64,000 bases of DNA. Origin: Cycas panzhihuaensis (taxonomy: Eukaryota; Plantae; Cycadophyta). Positions 24,501-38,589 of the stretch are shown piece by piece; position 1 is the stretch's first letter; each line of letters starts with the position of its first letter. Where the stretch lies: contig CM041465.1 in assembly GCA_023213395.1 (NCBI GenBank), forward strand, positions 177,327,741 to 177,391,740, in the 5' to 3' direction. The notes under the pieces are model-generated. The model was not told the origin of the DNA. It saw only the letters and a list, made by a program, of their open reading frames with translations, and searched no databases. A program made the position numbers and the translations under genes.

Positions 24501-27000
24501 TGGGTTCACAGCTCGAGGTGACTCCCAAGGCGTGAACAGGCACATCACCTAATCCTAAGGCCTCAAAGAGCAATGTGCATTATTTAGGGCAGCTCCTCAA
24601 GATGTCCATTATAGACATTCCGGAAGCCACGGTATGGAGCTCATCAACGACTGAGAAAGACTTCCCCTTTAAAGTGGGTTGGGGAAGGGCCTTTTGAAAA
24701 TCGTAATGACTGGGGTGCATAAGAATGGTCTTGGGGAGTGCAGGGGCTTATGGAAGAGAAGTTTCCAAAAGAGGGTCACGATGAGATGTGGATGAAGAGG
24801 CACCATTCGCCTCTTTGATCGCTTGAGACTGAGTTAAGGCATATAATGGGGTGGTCTCAAGTAACTGAATAACCTTCTTTCCCTTATTCCGGGATCACAA
24901 AGGTGATGGAGTGTGTCAGTTAGGAGAACCCAAGGATGAGGATGAATTCCTTGCGCCCTTCTTTGTGGCTTGAGAAGAGCAAGGTTTAGAAGACCTCCCT
25001 CAGTTCTGGTTATTCTTCTGTTGAGGGTTACGATCGCCTTCCCCATATTTAGGGAAGGGATCTCTATGAATAGGTTGATCTAGGTTGGGTGTAGATGCAT
25101 ATTTTGGAGAAGAATCACATTGTGGGGTAGCCTTAAGATGTTGTGCATGATACTACAAATTGTCATGGAAGTAGTCCCTTTGGATGTAGCACCACTTCTT
25201 CTTAAGGGAATGTTGGGTTTCCTTGCTTGAGAGGACTGGGTGTGACCACCCTTGGAAAGAACGACTTGTGAGGCCTGGTGAACAGGCTTGTTAGAAGTGG
25301 GAGATGAAGGAGGTTGAAGCTTGAGTTCCTTCATCGTACATTCAAATGAACGTATGGCTGAAGTAAGGGGATCTAGAGTCTTCTCAGTGGAATGGGAAGA
25401 AGACCTAGAGGGTTGTTGAGATTTAGTTTCTTTTAGTGGTGGTGGTGCCTCACATCGCTGTGAGGACTTAAGTGCTAAGCACTTTGCGATAGTAGAGTCA
25501 CACATAGTCACCCCCATCTTAAGGACTACTACATGAACTTCTGGGCGAAGGGCATTGACGAAAAGGTCTCTCTTCAACTCCTTAGGCAAAGTAGCCTTAG
25601 TGGAGTGAAGAAGGTCATGGAAACGCTGCACAAAGTCACGATTCATCTCATCATGGCCTTGTTTAAACGACAGAAGAGATTTCATTCCACTCTCAAATGG
25701 GCGAGCCACGTCAAAGTAGTTGACAAACTCATCCATGAGTTGCTTGAATGAGAAGATAGAATGCACAAGTAGGCGATAAAACTATTTAAGGGCATCACCT
25801 TGAAGAGATTGTGGAAATAATTTTATGAGGATGTGGTTGTAAGACTAGTAATCAATGCATGCCATAGAGAAGCTACAAACATACTCCATTGGGTCTTACA
25901 ATGAAGTCACATCGAATTTGGGGACTTCAAGGGGATGAGGTGGTAAATTAGTCCTTAACGCCTCAATGGACAATGGGGTTGACCGATAGTCCATAAAGGG
26001 TCATACCCTTGACTAGACAATGGGGTCAACAAATGCGAGAAATGATAGTGGGTAGGTTTAGCAGTTCAAAAGGGGATGTTGTCCTCCTACCACTTTGTGA
26101 GGAGGCATGAATCCCACATTCGAGAAAACCTACATGGGAGCGGATAGGTATGGCATATCCATCCCTCCTAGAGAGAGTGCTCCTTATTGAAAAGGAGCTT
26201 ATAGGAAAGTGCCTTGGGAAGGAGGTGGCCCTCCTTGCAAAGGCATGATGTAAGGTGCTATACAAGATGGCGAACAAGATAGGTGAGGAACTGAGTTCTG
26301 CCCATATGAGCTGCCCATGGGTGGTGCGACCCCATAAGGATGCAGAGGGTCCACCACATAAGCAGGTAAGGAATTCCCTTTACCATGCCCCCACAGTTGA
26401 GTAGTGTAACCAGGAGGTAGGTAAAGGGAAGGGTCCTTAGGTTGATATTAGGATTGTATGGGGACAGATCCCACGTGACTAGAAGTAGGAGGACATGTAG
26501 GTCCCCTGGGTCTAGTAGGTGGATAAATGATAGTAAGAGGAGGGCTAGTGGTTTGACTAGCCGGGTGCATGCTTAACTCGATTTGGGAAGACAACATACC
26601 CTGAGTGGTCCCTAAGGTGCATATACCATGGAGAGAAGAAGAAGATGTAAAAGGAAGGCTCATCACGGGTAAGGTAGCTAAATGTGATGAGCGAGGGGAA
26701 GGAGATGTAGAATAAGATAGTACAACACCTCGCAAGACCTCCTTAAACCACCCTGGGCATGGTTGGAGGTGTGCAGCTTAGAAGCATTAACTCAAAGCCT
26801 CCACCACATCAGTGGGAGGGGTATCCGCTCGATCGTATAAGGTAGAAGGAGCCTCATACGAAGCAGGTCTTGTAAGACAGTCCTCATGAGAATCGCCATG
26901 GGAATGGTGAAACTCTAAAGGAGATGTAGGTTCTATTTTATAGGTAGTAGATTAATGAGATTAGGGGTGCGGTTGGTCACTCAGATAATAAATAGGGTCT
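21550..27000 (-). pseudogene. Younger Tat gag-pol (gag, protease, truncated RT, integrase)
   Basis: ORF fragments 25080-25766, 24124-24573, 22859-23050 (WVSNIVP..ICIDFRDINNAC.KDNFPLP) and 22380-22661 (LYKRSFNG..HHDIYGG..GYYWPSL..CQRCQ). Confidence 0.88.
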
Positions 27001-27335
27001 TCACTTCCTTAGGCGGACCCTTGGAAGGAAGCGGATGCCTCTAAGAAATTGGGTGCATAGGCGTGGCATGCCTAATCCAAGAGAGATCCCTCCATGATCA
27101 AATTGAGATCTGATGCAGGAAGGGAATGATAAGAAGGCTCTTCTTACAATGGGGGTAGGCCTCGTAAGCAACGTGAGAATCATCACATGCAAGTCCTACC
27201 TATGTATTGGGAGAAGAAGGAACTCAGGTTATGCATGCGTTGGGGGCTGCCCAACAAAAAAAATAAGAAGGAAAGCTACCAAGAGGTAACAACACCAACA
27301 AGAAAGGAAAGAAGACTAATTCCCTTACTAGTGGG

Positions 27336-27353
27336 TCCCCAGTATGGTCCCCA
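27336..27353 (-). other. Primer binding site, tRNA-Arg(ACG)-like variant
   Basis: Minus strand TGGGGACCATACTGGGGA one base after the LTR CA; resembles the Ogre/Tat PBS TGGCGACTCCACTGGGGA. Confidence 0.7.
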
Positions 27354-27354
27354 G

Positions 27355-28510
27355 TGGAATCACGTCTATGGGGATGGTAACTGCACTTGGCAAAGATTGG
27401 GGCAATCAACAGTAAACACCGAAATAAGAATATAATCCTACAAAGTGGAAGAAACACCGACACAGAGCATTCGTACATTGGAACGCAGGTTTGTGACCTA
27501 AGAATGGTGTACAATTTCCTCAAGGTAGCTTAGGTTCTTGGTTTAAAGGGCAACATATATGTAAGATATCTCAGATAATCCTAAATGATGGAATCCTCCC
27601 ACCCTTGGATGGCTGGAAGGGAAAAGGGAGGCCCAACGAAGGAATAACTACTACAGGAATGCGATGTGGTATAGGTGGAACAACAAGAACTCCTTAGGTC
27701 AACTCACCTAAGCAGGTCTATGAGTGAAGGAGTGGTGGCAAGAGACTTCCTGTCACTACATAAGTGAAGGGATCCAAATCTCGGCAAGGGCAACATGGGT
27801 AGAGTATGTGAATAGGAACGTGAAGAGTGCATGTGAAAGGATGATATAAGTGTGCTTGTTTACTATCACAAAAGAGGAACTTTAAACACTCTCTCACTCT
27901 CTTTTGCTTTTAAAACAAGGAAAAGATAGAAAAAGTATTCTAAACACACTCAAGCATGCAAGCTAGGAAATGCAAAGCTAAGGGACATTTTGCATTCAGG
28001 TGGGAGAAGGGAGGTATAATCCTTATGGTATGCTCCTTCCTGTAAAGGCAACATACAACATGCATATGCAAGGTAAATGTATGCAAGTTGGTTGATTACT
28101 CTTTCCTTTTATGTTATTTATTATGCACGATGATGGACCTAATAATAACAAAGGGAAAGAACTATGAGCAGAGGGAAGGTATATACCTAGGAAGTTGCGT
28201 GGCCAACGAGGATACCTTGTGTGTATGTTGTGCTTTGCTCTCTTGTCCTTATCCGATGTGTTGACATTATCGAAAGGTAGTATTGGTAGGAGCTCCCTTA
28301 CCTTCCCCGCATAAAAGAAAAGAAAGGAAAGAAACTGAAAAGGACAAAAGGAAAATAAAACAACTATGTGAAGGAGTGAAGCAAAAAGGAGAAAGATGGA
28401 GACTTACCCAGATCGAAGTGCCTTTTCCTTTCCACAAATGTTGTGATGAAACCTGTAAACACAAGGTTTTCTTCCCCTTTTTTCAAGGGGCTACTAGAAT
28501 ACCAAGTAGA

Positions 28511-28558
<48 letters not shown>

Positions 28559-30348
28559 AAATGGAGTGCCAAAAGTTGCAAGCAAAGTGCTGGAAATAAT
28601 ACAAGATATTTAACAACACAAGTCGCAACAAGGAATGGGTGTTAATAGTTAGCCTCGGAATGGATAAACCTCTTATGCAAGTACCTTCACACTGCCTTTG
28701 AGCATAAGGACAATAGGTGTAGGTAACCTATATGATAGCTGATAGTGAAAGGAGCAAATACTATAGAAACTAGAAACATTGTAAGTGTCACCAAAATTAT
28801 AGTATGTATCATACACAACACCTAGTGAGGGAGCGACAAGCAAAGGATATAAGACCACTAAGGGGATGAAATACCCTACTAATATGGGGCTCTCAAGGCT
28901 AGAAATAGTGCAGTAAGGGGCTGCATACACTGGTTCCAGGAATAGCCTCCTTTCCAGGGTTGTTCGGTGGCCCAAGGAGGACATAAGGAGGAGAGTAAAG
29001 GAGGAGAAGGGGGATTGCCACTTGGGAAGCTGGACTTGTGGGGTATGGGACCCATCGAGTGCTTCCTTCACTCACACCTTGAGTGGCTCATCTCACAACC
29101 CTCTTAGAGAGACTAGAGTGACAGTGGAAAGAAGATGCAAATATGAAAGGGAAAAAAAAACGCAGGGAACTATCTCCTGCATAAGCTAGGAAGGACTAAA
29201 AATAAAAGATATATAGAAAAGATCTCAACTTTCAAAGGAGTTCTAAGGAAATGACATGAAGAGAAACACAAAGAGCTACCTGCTGGGTGGAGTTTGCAGT
29301 AGGCCTGCCTAAGAGCAACGCAGGATAGGGTAGTCTAGATGCTTGTAGGAGAATCCCTGTAAAATCTGGAGAAGAAACTTGTTATACGCCTGAGAATGCA
29401 AGCTTTGAATAGTGTCTTCGCTTGATGAAGCCCCTTGATGAGATAAGTTCCATGAACTGGAGATGTGGAAGGCAGAGTCCAGGAGATCTCAGCAGATGCA
29501 GGGTGTTTCCTATAGGAGAAAGCTTACAGAGGTGGCAGAAGAGAAGGAGAAAGAGAGTTGTATGAGGTTGTTAAAGAGTATAAGAGGAAGAAATGAGGAG
29601 TTTTTTTAGGCTTTATACTCAACCCTAGCCCTAATCGAGTGATTAGGATTGGGCTGGGACTCGGGTAGCGACTAATCCATGTGGCAATTTTGTGAAAAAT
29701 GTGAAAATTGCCATGGCGGATTAAAAAAAATAGAGATAAACAATCGCATCACAGTAAACTTCGCGGTACCATGGGAAACTTCACAGTACCACAGAATTTA
29801 TTGCAGTGCATGACCATAATCAATAAAAAGGGAAATAAAGGTCTTTGGGGCCCTAGTAGGGGGGTATCCTAGGCCTAAGAGGGGTTGGCCCTCCTATCCA
29901 AGTGGCTAGAGACAGTCCAAGTGGGCAAATGGGCTAGATCGGATAGGGCATTGAAAGGTTGGGCTCCTAAGAAACCTATGGATAAACACAAAATATCGAC
30001 CACTCATAGTGAAATGCTAAGAGCTGTGATAAGGTGACAAAGGTGTGAACGGATCACATAAATCAATCAATGCTTGAGGTGATGTGGAGGTGCAACAGAG
30101 GGTTGTAAGACGTCACGGGGATATAAGCCTCACGGAGAAGTATGTCACGTGGGTCGTCACAGGCTAGAGGCGTGTAGCATGATCAAGCAGCAAGATGCAT
30201 GGCAATCACAAAGATGAGGCACTCAATCATGTAGTGAATTAAGCAATGTTTCAATCTACCTCTTGAAATTACTAAGAAGGGAGATGGAAATATACATGTG
30301 CTTACCTGAGTTGACTCACCCGTATCCATTCCCGGTAGCCGGGAAACA
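27355..30348 (-). repeat. 5' LTR of younger Tat element (~3.0 kb)
   Basis: TGGAATC..GGGAAACA termini, collinear with 13755-16755. Confidence 0.93.
28514..28556. repeat. (AT)21 microsatellite inside the LTR
   Basis: Seen directly. Confidence 0.97.
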
Positions 30349-30353
30349 CAAAC

Positions 30354-32209
30354 CAATGCCCATTCCATCATTGAAGCATAAATTATATTATATATCCTTC
30401 ATTGATTATTTTATCAAAAAAGTGTAGGTGGCTTTTCTAACCAAGAAAGATGAGGTATTTGGTGTCTTTAATGATTTTAAAGCTCATATTGAAAAGGAAT
30501 TAGGTTATCAGATTAAGTGTCTCTAAACAAATAATGGTAGAGAATATACCTCTACTAAGTTTGAAACCTATCTAGGAGATAATGGCATCAAGCATTATAC
30601 TATAATAGCAGGCATCCCCCAATAGAATGGAGTTACTAAGCATATGAATAGGTCTATTATGGATATGGATCAAGCTATGTTGGTTTATAAAAATATACTT
30701 ACTTACCTATGGGAAAAAGTAATTTAGACAGTTATTTATTACATGAATGCTGTCAGCCCATCTAAAGGAGGAACTTCTCCTAATGAAAAGTGGACTAGAC
30801 AGGCTCCCATTATCTACCACTTCAAAATATTTGGCTGAACATGTTATGCCCATATACTAGATAGAGATAGAAATTGACTCTAACCTAGGGCACTTAAAGG
30901 CATCTTTGTTGGATACCTTATGGATAAGAAAGGGTACAAAGTTTTTATACCTTTATAGTGGAAGATTATCGTCATCAGAGACGTGGTATTTGTTAAAATA
31001 TAAGAACAATCATTACAATTACACTCAAAAATACCAAACTACCATTATTATGAAGCTACTCAATATGATGTATATATTCTAAAATTTGGGGAGGTAGTCA
31101 TTTAAGACTTACTCAAACTATTGGAATCTAATAATAGAGCCATGGAGGATAGTAGTTGTGACTCTGAACTAATGAGTGCACATCATGCACCACCATCCAA
31201 TAACAGTAGAGTTGATAAAGGTAAAGTAGTGGTAGATGGACCATGCTTCCCAGATACGTCAACATCCTCCTCAATAAGCATGCAAAATGATCCTTTTCAG
31301 GATCTAAACAAAGACCATATAGTTGGATATATTGAGACCTCATTCCTAACTCAAGGGTCTCATGAAGGCCACCAGCTAAATAAGGATATATGACTTGATG
31401 AGGTAGGCAAAATTGGCACTGGAAGTGCCTATAGAGCCAAGATATGCAAATCACTTTTCATTGAGTTAGAACCAACAAAACTTCATCTTGTTCTCAATCA
31501 AGAGCCTCTCTCATACTAAGAAGCTATAAAACACATAGCTTGGAGGAATGCCATGAATGAAGAGTATCAATCTCTTGTAAAAAATGGCACATGGGAGCTC
31601 ATTGGCCTAACACTTGGAAGAAAGATGGTTCCAAACAAATGGGTGTATAAAAATAAATACAGATTTGATGGAACCCTAGAAAAATATAAGGCGAGGTTGG
31701 TAGTAAAGGGATTCACACAAAGGGAAGGCATTAACTACACTGAAGTCTTAGCAACTCAACAGAGCTAGAAGATTCACCAGTCCGATATAAAATATATATT
31801 TCTTAATGGTGATCTTGAAGAAGAAATCTGTATGGATCAACCTGAAGGATTCAAGATTACTGGTCTAGAGCATAAGGTGTGCATGCTCAAAAAGTCCTTA
31901 TGCATCCTTAAACAAACCCCTTATGCTTAGTTCACCAAGTTGTCAGAAAGAATGAGGCAACTTAGATAATAGGTTTGTGACTACTAAGATATTGATACAA
32001 CACTGTTCATCAAACACTAAAAAGATAGTCACTTATCTCTTAATCTTTATAAACAATATGCTTATAATGTAATTAGCTAGCTAAAGAAGGAATTAGCTAA
32101 AACATTCAAACTATTTGACCTTGGGTTGATGAAATACTACTTAGAGATTGAAGTCACTCAGAAATATAGCAAAATCTTTCTTTCTCAAGAAAAATACATT
32201 GACAATCTT
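30354..32209 (+). pseudogene. Copia C integrase core and RT N-terminus (degenerate)
   Basis: YYISFID..IKCL.TNNGREY..P.QNGV..MNRSIM; AMNEEYQSLVKNGTWEL..NKWVYK..KYKARLVVKGFTQREGINYTE. Confidence 0.9.
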
Positions 32210-32584
32210 TGAGACGTTTCTTCTCGTTAATACTCTTGAGATAGCAGAGAATTTTAACAATCGCCACAACATCTTCTTATCCAACAATGCAAACAAGTTA
32301 ACCAAGAGTTTCATAGGAACACCAAAGCGCTAAATGATCACTAAAAGATAGAAAGTACCACCGCACAATCTTTATAAAAATGTTTTGTCAAGATAACCAT
32401 CATTTACAATTTATGACCCTTACATAAACAAAATAGGGTCTTATACATGTAATCCTATTAGTGGTCTAAGCAGCCTTACATTCTATTGGACGACAGTGCC
32501 CATGCATATTATTGGCCCACTAGATGGCACATATACAAAGTTCCATAGTGGTTTATATAACTCAGCCGAATAAGTTATGTAACA
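32210..32584 (-). repeat. 3' LTR of Reina-like element (375 bp)
   Basis: Ungapped match to 38210-38584, about 37 mismatches by manual count. Confidence 0.95.
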
Positions 32585-32595
32585 AGTCCCCTCCC

Positions 32596-35500
32596 TTAAG
32601 ATGCCAAGTCCTCGAGGTAAGTGAGATGCAGGTGCTTTTTGACAAACTCATCGAACTCCCAAGTTGCTTCGTCAGAGGTGCAGCCTATCCACTGTATCAA
32701 ATATTCTGAAATGGACCAATTCTGGAGACACCATTTTCTGGTAGCTAGGATACATTCTAGAGGTACAGATAAGGTTTGCTCTTCATCCAAAATTAGAAGG
32801 GTTATCTGGGGAGTATGGGTTTTGCTTAGACACTTCTGAAAATAGGAGACATGAAAAACATTATGGATGTTTATGGTGAGGGGAAGGTCGAGAGCATATG
32901 CAACTTCACTAATACGTTTAAGGACTTTATAGGGGCCATAATATCGAGGGCTAAGTTTGTGGTTCTTGTGATGACGAAGGGATTGTTACTTATAAGGTTG
33001 GAGATGAAGAAATACCAGATCTCCAACATTGAAGGACCGATCAGAGCGATGGAGGTCTGCTAATTGTTTCATTTGATTTTGGGCCATAGATAGGTTTTAT
33101 TTAAGGGTGTGGAGAATTTGGTCCATATGCTATAATTTTTGTTGCACTGCTGCCGTACAGAGGTTGGTAGCTAAGGTGTGGTGGGACAGAGGGGGATACC
33201 CATAGAAAGCCAAAAATGGGGACATTCTAATGGCTGAATAGTGTGAGGAGTTGTACCAATACTTAGCTAGAGCTAGCCATGATGTCCATTTAGACTAGTG
33301 ATCAGATGCAAAGCAATGTAAGTAGGTCTCCAGGGTTTTGCTAAGAACCTCAGATTGGCCATCAGTCTGTGGATGGTATGTAGAACTCATGTTGAATGAT
33401 GTACTTGATATGCGGAATAACTCTTATTAAAAGGAGCTAATGAATTTAGGATTATGATTGCATACAATGGTGGGTGGAAAACCATACAAACAAAATATTG
33501 TCTGGATGTAGATGTTAGCGATGTGTGGGGCTTTATAGGTTGTGTGGACGGGTAAGAAGTGGACATATTTTGTCAACCGATCTATGACTACTAAAATGGA
33601 ATCAGATCTAGTAGATGGTGGTAGGCTCGTTATAAAGTCCATGACAATATCTTGCCACTTACCTTGTGGGATATGCAATGGTTGAAGGAGGCCCAGTTGG
33701 GGTTTTGTATCAGCTTTGTTATGTTGGCATGTATCATGTTCTAAGACAAAGGTAAGGATGGTGGATTTCATTTTTGGCTAAAAGAAGTCAGAACAAATCC
33801 TACAGTAAGTTTTATCAAAACCAGAGTGGCCGCCAAGAGGGGAAGAATGATATTCTGATAAAATCCATAGGATAAAAGCTGAGAGAGGATGTACGAATAT
33901 GTGATTTTGGTATAAGAGAAGATTATTATGGATGGACCAATCCTTATAAGTGTGGACCTTATTGGCCCAGTATATAAAATCATGTTAGTTTTGGTTAGCC
34001 ATGGCTAAATCCTGTAGCCATGTTAGTTGTGGGGAGGAAATGGCATAAATGATGGGGTCCTCAGTATGACTGGTGTTATCGCCAAGTGTAGGCGAAGGCA
34101 ACCTTGAGAGAGCATCTACCACAATGTTATCTTTCCCCTTTTTATATGTGATTGTAAAATCAAAAACTTGGAGGTAATCGACCCATTTCGCCTGCTCTTC
34201 TAAGAGGACTGGTTGATCTAGTAAATGACGAAGGCTATGATGATCAGTGAGGATAGTGAATTTAGAACCGAGTAGATATTATCGCCACTTGTCAACAGCA
34301 TGGAGGATGGCCCGCATTTCTTTTTAAGAGGTAGAAAGTTTACACGCATGATCTTTGAGTTTTTTACTTTCGAAGGCAATGGGGTGGAAGTCTTGCATTA
34401 AGACCACACCTAATCCAAACCCAGAGGCATCACATTCTAATTGGAAAGGCTGAGAAAAGTCAGGGGAGGCTAAGACTGAGGTGGTTGTCATGACCTCCTT
34501 TAAATGGAGGAAGGCCTCATTAGCTGAGGGGGACCATTGGAAGGAATCCTTCCGAAGTAAGTAGGTTAAGGGAGTGGTTAGGGTGCCATAATTTTGAACG
34601 AATCATCGATAAAATCTGGTAAGTCCTAAGAAAGCCTGCAATTGGGTCAGGGTTTTTGGGGTTGGCCAATTAGTGATGACAGAGATTTTATCGGGATCCA
34701 CCTGAACCCCTACAAAGGATATAATATGCCCAAGGTATTGTAATTCAAATTTCCCAAATTCACATTTGGAGAGCTTAGCATACAATTTATTCTCAGCTAG
34801 GATTTAAGGACTCTTTCTAGATGTGGGATGTGGGCCAGTATGTTTGAGCTATAGATAAGAATATCGTCGAAGAAGATAATGATAAATTTTCGTAAGTATA
34901 GGGAGAAGATCTTGTTCATGAGAGCCTGAAAGATGGATGGAGCATTACATAGGCCAAAGGGCATGACCTGGAACTTAAAGTGGCCATGGTGGGTTCAGAA
35001 AGTTGTTTTATGTTGATCCTCTAACAAGATAGGGATTTGATAGTATCCTGACTGTAAATCAAGCTTGATGAAAATTACAACACCATGGATTTTATCTAAC
35101 ATGTCATCGATTCGTGGCATGGGAAACTTATTTTTTATGGTGATTTTATTGAGCACACGATAGTCAACACAAAGTCAGAAAGAGCTATCCTTCTTATGAA
35201 CTAAAATGATGGGTGCCGCATACAGGCTTTTACAAGGTTAGATGATACCCATATCCAACAATTCCCACGTGATTTTTTTGATTTCATTTTTTTGGAAATA
35301 GGAATTTCTATATGGTCGAAGGCTTATCGGGTCATGCAAACTTTGTAACTCAATAGTATGGTAAAAGCCTCGATCAGGTGGGGGGCTAGCAGGTAACGAA
35401 GCAAATATAGATTAGTATCAATCTAATACTTGTTGGATATCAGGGTAGATACCCAAGGAGGCCTAGATATGGTTAAGATGAATGATGTATTCGATGTTAC

Positions 35501-37100
35501 CGTTGAGTTGGCGGTGCATTCTTGAGGGTGAGATTACTTTGTTTGGGGGGCTTGCATCCCATAAAGTTTATGAGAGTGGCCCATATGATCTTTAAACATA
35601 ATAAAGGGGTTTGTGGGTGAGTTATTGGTGCTATAAGTCCCTAGAGTCTAGAGCCATTGTATGCCAAGAATTACATCTAACCCACCTATGGAAAGGGTAT
35701 AGAAATTAGAGACAAGGGTATATGAGCCAATGTGGACTGTGAGATTTTTTATTGTTCTCGCACAATAGAGTGTGTGATGACCAGGTAAGGAGCAAATGAA
35801 GCCTGTTTTAGATTCTATGTAAATATTCAATTGGCAGGCAATAGAGATGTTGATGAAATTTAGCGATGTGCCACTATTGATCAAAATGGTAATTGGGATT
35901 TTCCTAAGTATTTCTTTGACTCAAAGTGGTCCAGTACATGCAATGGAGGTAACTATGGATAAGGAAACTTTAGGCTCAGGGTTTGGGGGTAACTCATTAG
36001 CAGGGTGGTCTTGAGATTCATCATCATATTCATGCTCAGTATCAGGGTCATCATCTGAGGGTAAGTCTGGGTCAATTATGAAGACCATCTTCCTAGCTTT
36101 GCAGATTTTATGGTGACCAGTAGTCCATTTTTTAAAACATTGCATACATAGACCAGCTTCCCAACAACGTTGTGCCTCTATAGGAGTGATGTAGATGGAC
36201 TTCGACGATGATTCCTCAGTGCGCTACTCGAGAGATATAGCTGGGATATCATCAGGTCGTGGGTATGATCGTGGTCTCTGGGAGTAGGCTGTATCAGCTT
36301 GTCAGGATCATGAAAACCACGTGGAGTCTCATCTGAATAGAAGAGCTCTTTCTCCAACAAATTCTGCTTCTACTACTTTAGCCATATTAATTGCATCCTT
36401 TAGAGTGGATAGGGAGACTATCTTCAAGCGCATTTGGATACATTCTTTAAGTCTAGACACGTACATATCTATCTCTGTATGTTTATCAAGTTGTTGATCA
36501 ACCCAATTACATAAAGATTGGAACTCATCCATGTAAACTTCGACAGAGGATATTTGCTTCAAATGTATTAGCTGTGTAAAAAAAGATTGACTCCAAGTGT
36601 CTTCATACTACTCAAAAAAATAGGTAGAGAAGTGCGCCCAAGACTAGTTGGAGGGGTACTCCTGTTTCCACCATCAGAACCAATGATGTGCCTTCCCATC
36701 TAAGTGAATGGAAGCAAATGTAAGTTACTCGTTCACTGACATTGGGTTGAGTGTAAAGTAAGACTCTAATTTGCTAATCCAACTTCGTGCACTATCCTTG
36801 TTGAGATTTGGATCAAATGTGGGTATGTTGATCTTATGATAGAATGGTTGTTACTAACGTGGAGGTGAAGACACAATTTGTTGTTTTACGGGGCCAATTG
36901 GTGGTGGAGGAGAGAAGTTGTTCAACCTCTTAATTACATCTTAGACATCATCATAAGATGTTAGGTTTTACAATTGTGAGCCAAAGTCTGCGTGCATGGT
37001 AGCTACTTCATTTTTAACCTCTTCGCATATATGGCCGAGATCCTCTATTTTATTATTAATTCTATGGACTTCAGTCTCAAGTGTCAAGATTTTGTCACTA
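32596..37100 (-). pseudogene. Reina-like gag-pol with C-terminal chromodomain (degenerate)
   Basis: Chromodomain CILATRK..EYLIQWIG..DEATWE..LEDLAS (32596-32790); RT YAKLSKCEFG..YLGHIIS..LQAFLGLT.FYR. Confidence 0.9.
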
Positions 37101-38209
37101 TTGCTTTAAGGAGCCATGGAGAAAGGGTGTAAAGAGGCGGGAATAAGTAGAAAGAAGGGGAATGAATGAAGTGGGAAAGATCAAGAAAGAACGGGACGTA
37201 AGAAAAAGGGGGTTGTTAAAGGAAAGAGAGGGGGATGAATAGGGAGATTGTGGGCTGTCTATAGCCTGTTGACCCCAAAGAAAGTTACATAAACAAGACA
37301 TCAAGTTCTTTGAATAGTGTGAAAAGCTTATTCAAATGTGAAGTGTAAGCGAGGGGGGGGGGGCACCGGTGACTAGGTATTAAAAATTGTGAAAATTTAC
37401 AGTATATACCAACCTAGTACAAATTGACCAGTACGATATACTAATCAAAATGAGATATATAACTGTAAGGGTAAATTTTCTCACTGAATTAAGTGGAGTT
37501 CTTTTCTTTTTTTTTTAATTATGAGGTGGCTTACAGTCTTAACCAAAGTATCCTACCAACCACTAGACAAGGTGTGCTTGGTCTTATAGGCTATCAATAA
37601 ACTAGAGAAGTTTGGGGCAAGTAGCCTTATGGCACTAACCTCTAACCATTGCACTATAAGACTTCAGCAGTCGATAGTTGCCTATGCTGGAAAAGGATTG
37701 GGACCTAAAGGTGAGGTCCTTCCTATATACCTAAAGGTACAGGGAGGCGCATTGTCATAACCAAGTTATATCTAGGGCTTAGCTCAGGAGTGATACTCCA
37801 ATCCTTTATGCAAAGGACAGGAAGGTCACTATGCGCTTAGCCAAAATGATAGATCCCTGCAATACTCAAAAAAGAGGTGGGAGGGAAAAAAAATATAACC
37901 ACCTAGTGATGTTATCAACCCTTAAGATATAATTCAATGCTAGAATCAAGAAAGAGGAATGAAATTTAAAACTAGATGAAAGACAAGGGATAAAGTACTA
38001 GAGTTACCTGGGAAAAGAATTTCCCCTTTCTCCCAACTCTTGGACTATCCTGATACCATTCCTCAATCTTCATGGAGAGAGTATTAAGCGAAGGTCTTTC
38101 CTCGATCTCTATTAGGGTGGAGAGAGTACTCGATCTAATAGGGAAAGAAAAAAAACATTTTAGACTTTTGGGTAGCCTCCGACGATCGTGACACAGCTTT
38201 GATACCACT

Positions 38210-38584
38210 TGAGACATTTCTTCTCACCAATACTCTTGAGATAGTAGAGAATTTTGACAATCACCGCAACGTCTTCTTATCCAACAGAGCAAACAAGCTA
38301 ACCAAGAGTTTCATAGGAACACTAGAGCACTAAATGATCACCAAAAGATAGAAAGTATCGCAGCACAATCTTTATAAGAATGTTCTATCAAGATAACCAT
38401 CATTTATAATTTATGACCCTTATATAGACAAAATAGGGTCTTATACATGTAATCCTATTGGTGGCCTAAGCAGCCTTACATTCTATTGGACGACAGCGCC
38501 CATGCATACTATTGGCCTACTAGATGGCACATGCACAAAGTTCCATAGTGGTTTACGTAACTTAGCTGGATAAGTTATGTAACA
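38210..38584 (-). repeat. 5' LTR of Reina-like element (375 bp)
   Basis: TG..CA termini, adjacent PBS and TSD. Confidence 0.95.
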
Positions 38585-38589
38585 ATCTT

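Larger units (their letters stand above)
13755..30348 (-). mobile_element. Younger Tat-type Ty3/Gypsy element, 16.6 kb, with ~3 kb LTRs, internal RT/RH deletion and 3' accessory cassette
   Basis: LTRs 13755-16755 and 27355-30348; PPT 16756-16765; PBS 27336-27353. gag 25080-25766, protease (VVDKGSSINAMP) 24124-24573, RT start 22859-23050, integrase 21550-22760. TSD TAGAC/CAAAC; removing the element restores Copia DLC-G-PMPIPS. Confidence 0.93.
32210..38584 (-). mobile_element. Chromovirus-type Ty3/Gypsy (Reina-like), 6375 bp, inserted in Copia C RT
   Basis: 375 bp LTRs, perfect TSD ATCTT, PBS TGGTATCAAAGC (38196-38207), PPT AAGGGAGGGGACT (32585-32597). gag, protease (INSGTSLNF), RT, RH, integrase (WQDIVMDFITSLP..LVVIDRLTKY) and a terminal chromodomain. 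Confidence 0.95.
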
